A DNA stretch of 62,089 bases, the filler included. It is 5 parts of 5 records of this genome, joined end to end, with 100 filler letters (N's around TTAATTAATTAA, not from the genome) between each part and the next. Parts side by side here need not be neighbours in the genome. Positions count along the whole stretch, not along the records: positions 58,853 to 62,089 come from SRR20825010_2140; 4 more parts are not named here. One strand, written 5' to 3'. The notes under the pieces are model-generated. The model made no database searches. It worked only from the letters and a program-made list of their open reading frames with translations, and was not told the DNA's origin. This document shows, piece by piece, positions 62,015-62,089 of this stretch; the stretch's first letter is position 1, and each line of letters starts with the position of its first letter. Made by a program: the position numbers and the translations under genes.

Positions 62015-62089
62015 ATGCCCCTGCCCACCCAAGCCCGCGCTGTCATCATCGGCGGCGGCGTCATCGGTTGTTCCGTGGCCTATCACCTG
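62015..62089 (+). CDS. Second GcvT-family FAD oxidoreductase, N-terminus only
   Basis: MPLPTQARAVIIGGGVIGCSVAYHL after a GGAG SD. Confidence 0.85.
   Translation, partial: MPLPTQARAVIIGGGVIGCSVAYHL

Noticed and set aside
1..62089. CRISPR arrays, cas, phage, integrase, transposase or reverse transcriptase genes
   Set aside because: None found; the short arrays seen have no unique spacers

Overview
This window is not one genomic locus. It joins five unrelated contigs with artificial 100-nt spacers (N-runs around TTAATTAATTAA) at 13050-13149, 40854-40953, 55019-55118 and 58753-58852. Taxon calls are my recognition of the proteins, not database results. (1) 1-13049 is Alcanivorax-like: a structured MITE-like element, GMC oxidoreductase, a membrane-anchored beta-helix protein with a candidate Pho box, CyaB-type adenylate cyclase, a nitroreductase/thioesterase/MAPEG operon, tRNA-Ser, AbgT, queF, a YadGH-type ABC exporter and a partial tRNA-Gly. 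Heptamer arrays sit at two convergent gene junctions. (2) 13150-40853 is Rhodopirellula-like: a sulfated/acetylated-glycan cluster (five sulfatase domains, three esterases, GH117-like, GH141-like, DUF6786), a XylR-type regulator, DUF1559 plus a small lipoprotein, and a hybrid kinase-KaiC-like ATPase-hybrid kinase operon with no adjacent KaiB. (3) 40954-55018 is alphaproteobacterial: dusB-ntrBC-ntrYX-trkA, ispDF-pgpA-cinA and lipA-ratA, with a CcsA-like gene and a metC-like/LysR pair inserted. (4) 55119-58752 is an alphaproteobacterial catabolic fragment (racemase, ThDP enzyme, DadA-like oxidoreductase). (5) 58853-62089 is a Rhodobacteraceae-like betaine/dimethylglycine demethylation fragment. 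Best leads: the KaiC-like signalling module with a pseudo-receiver kinase, a shared 21-bp-spaced operator linking DUF1559 to the glycan cluster, and inverted heptamer arrays bracketing terminators.
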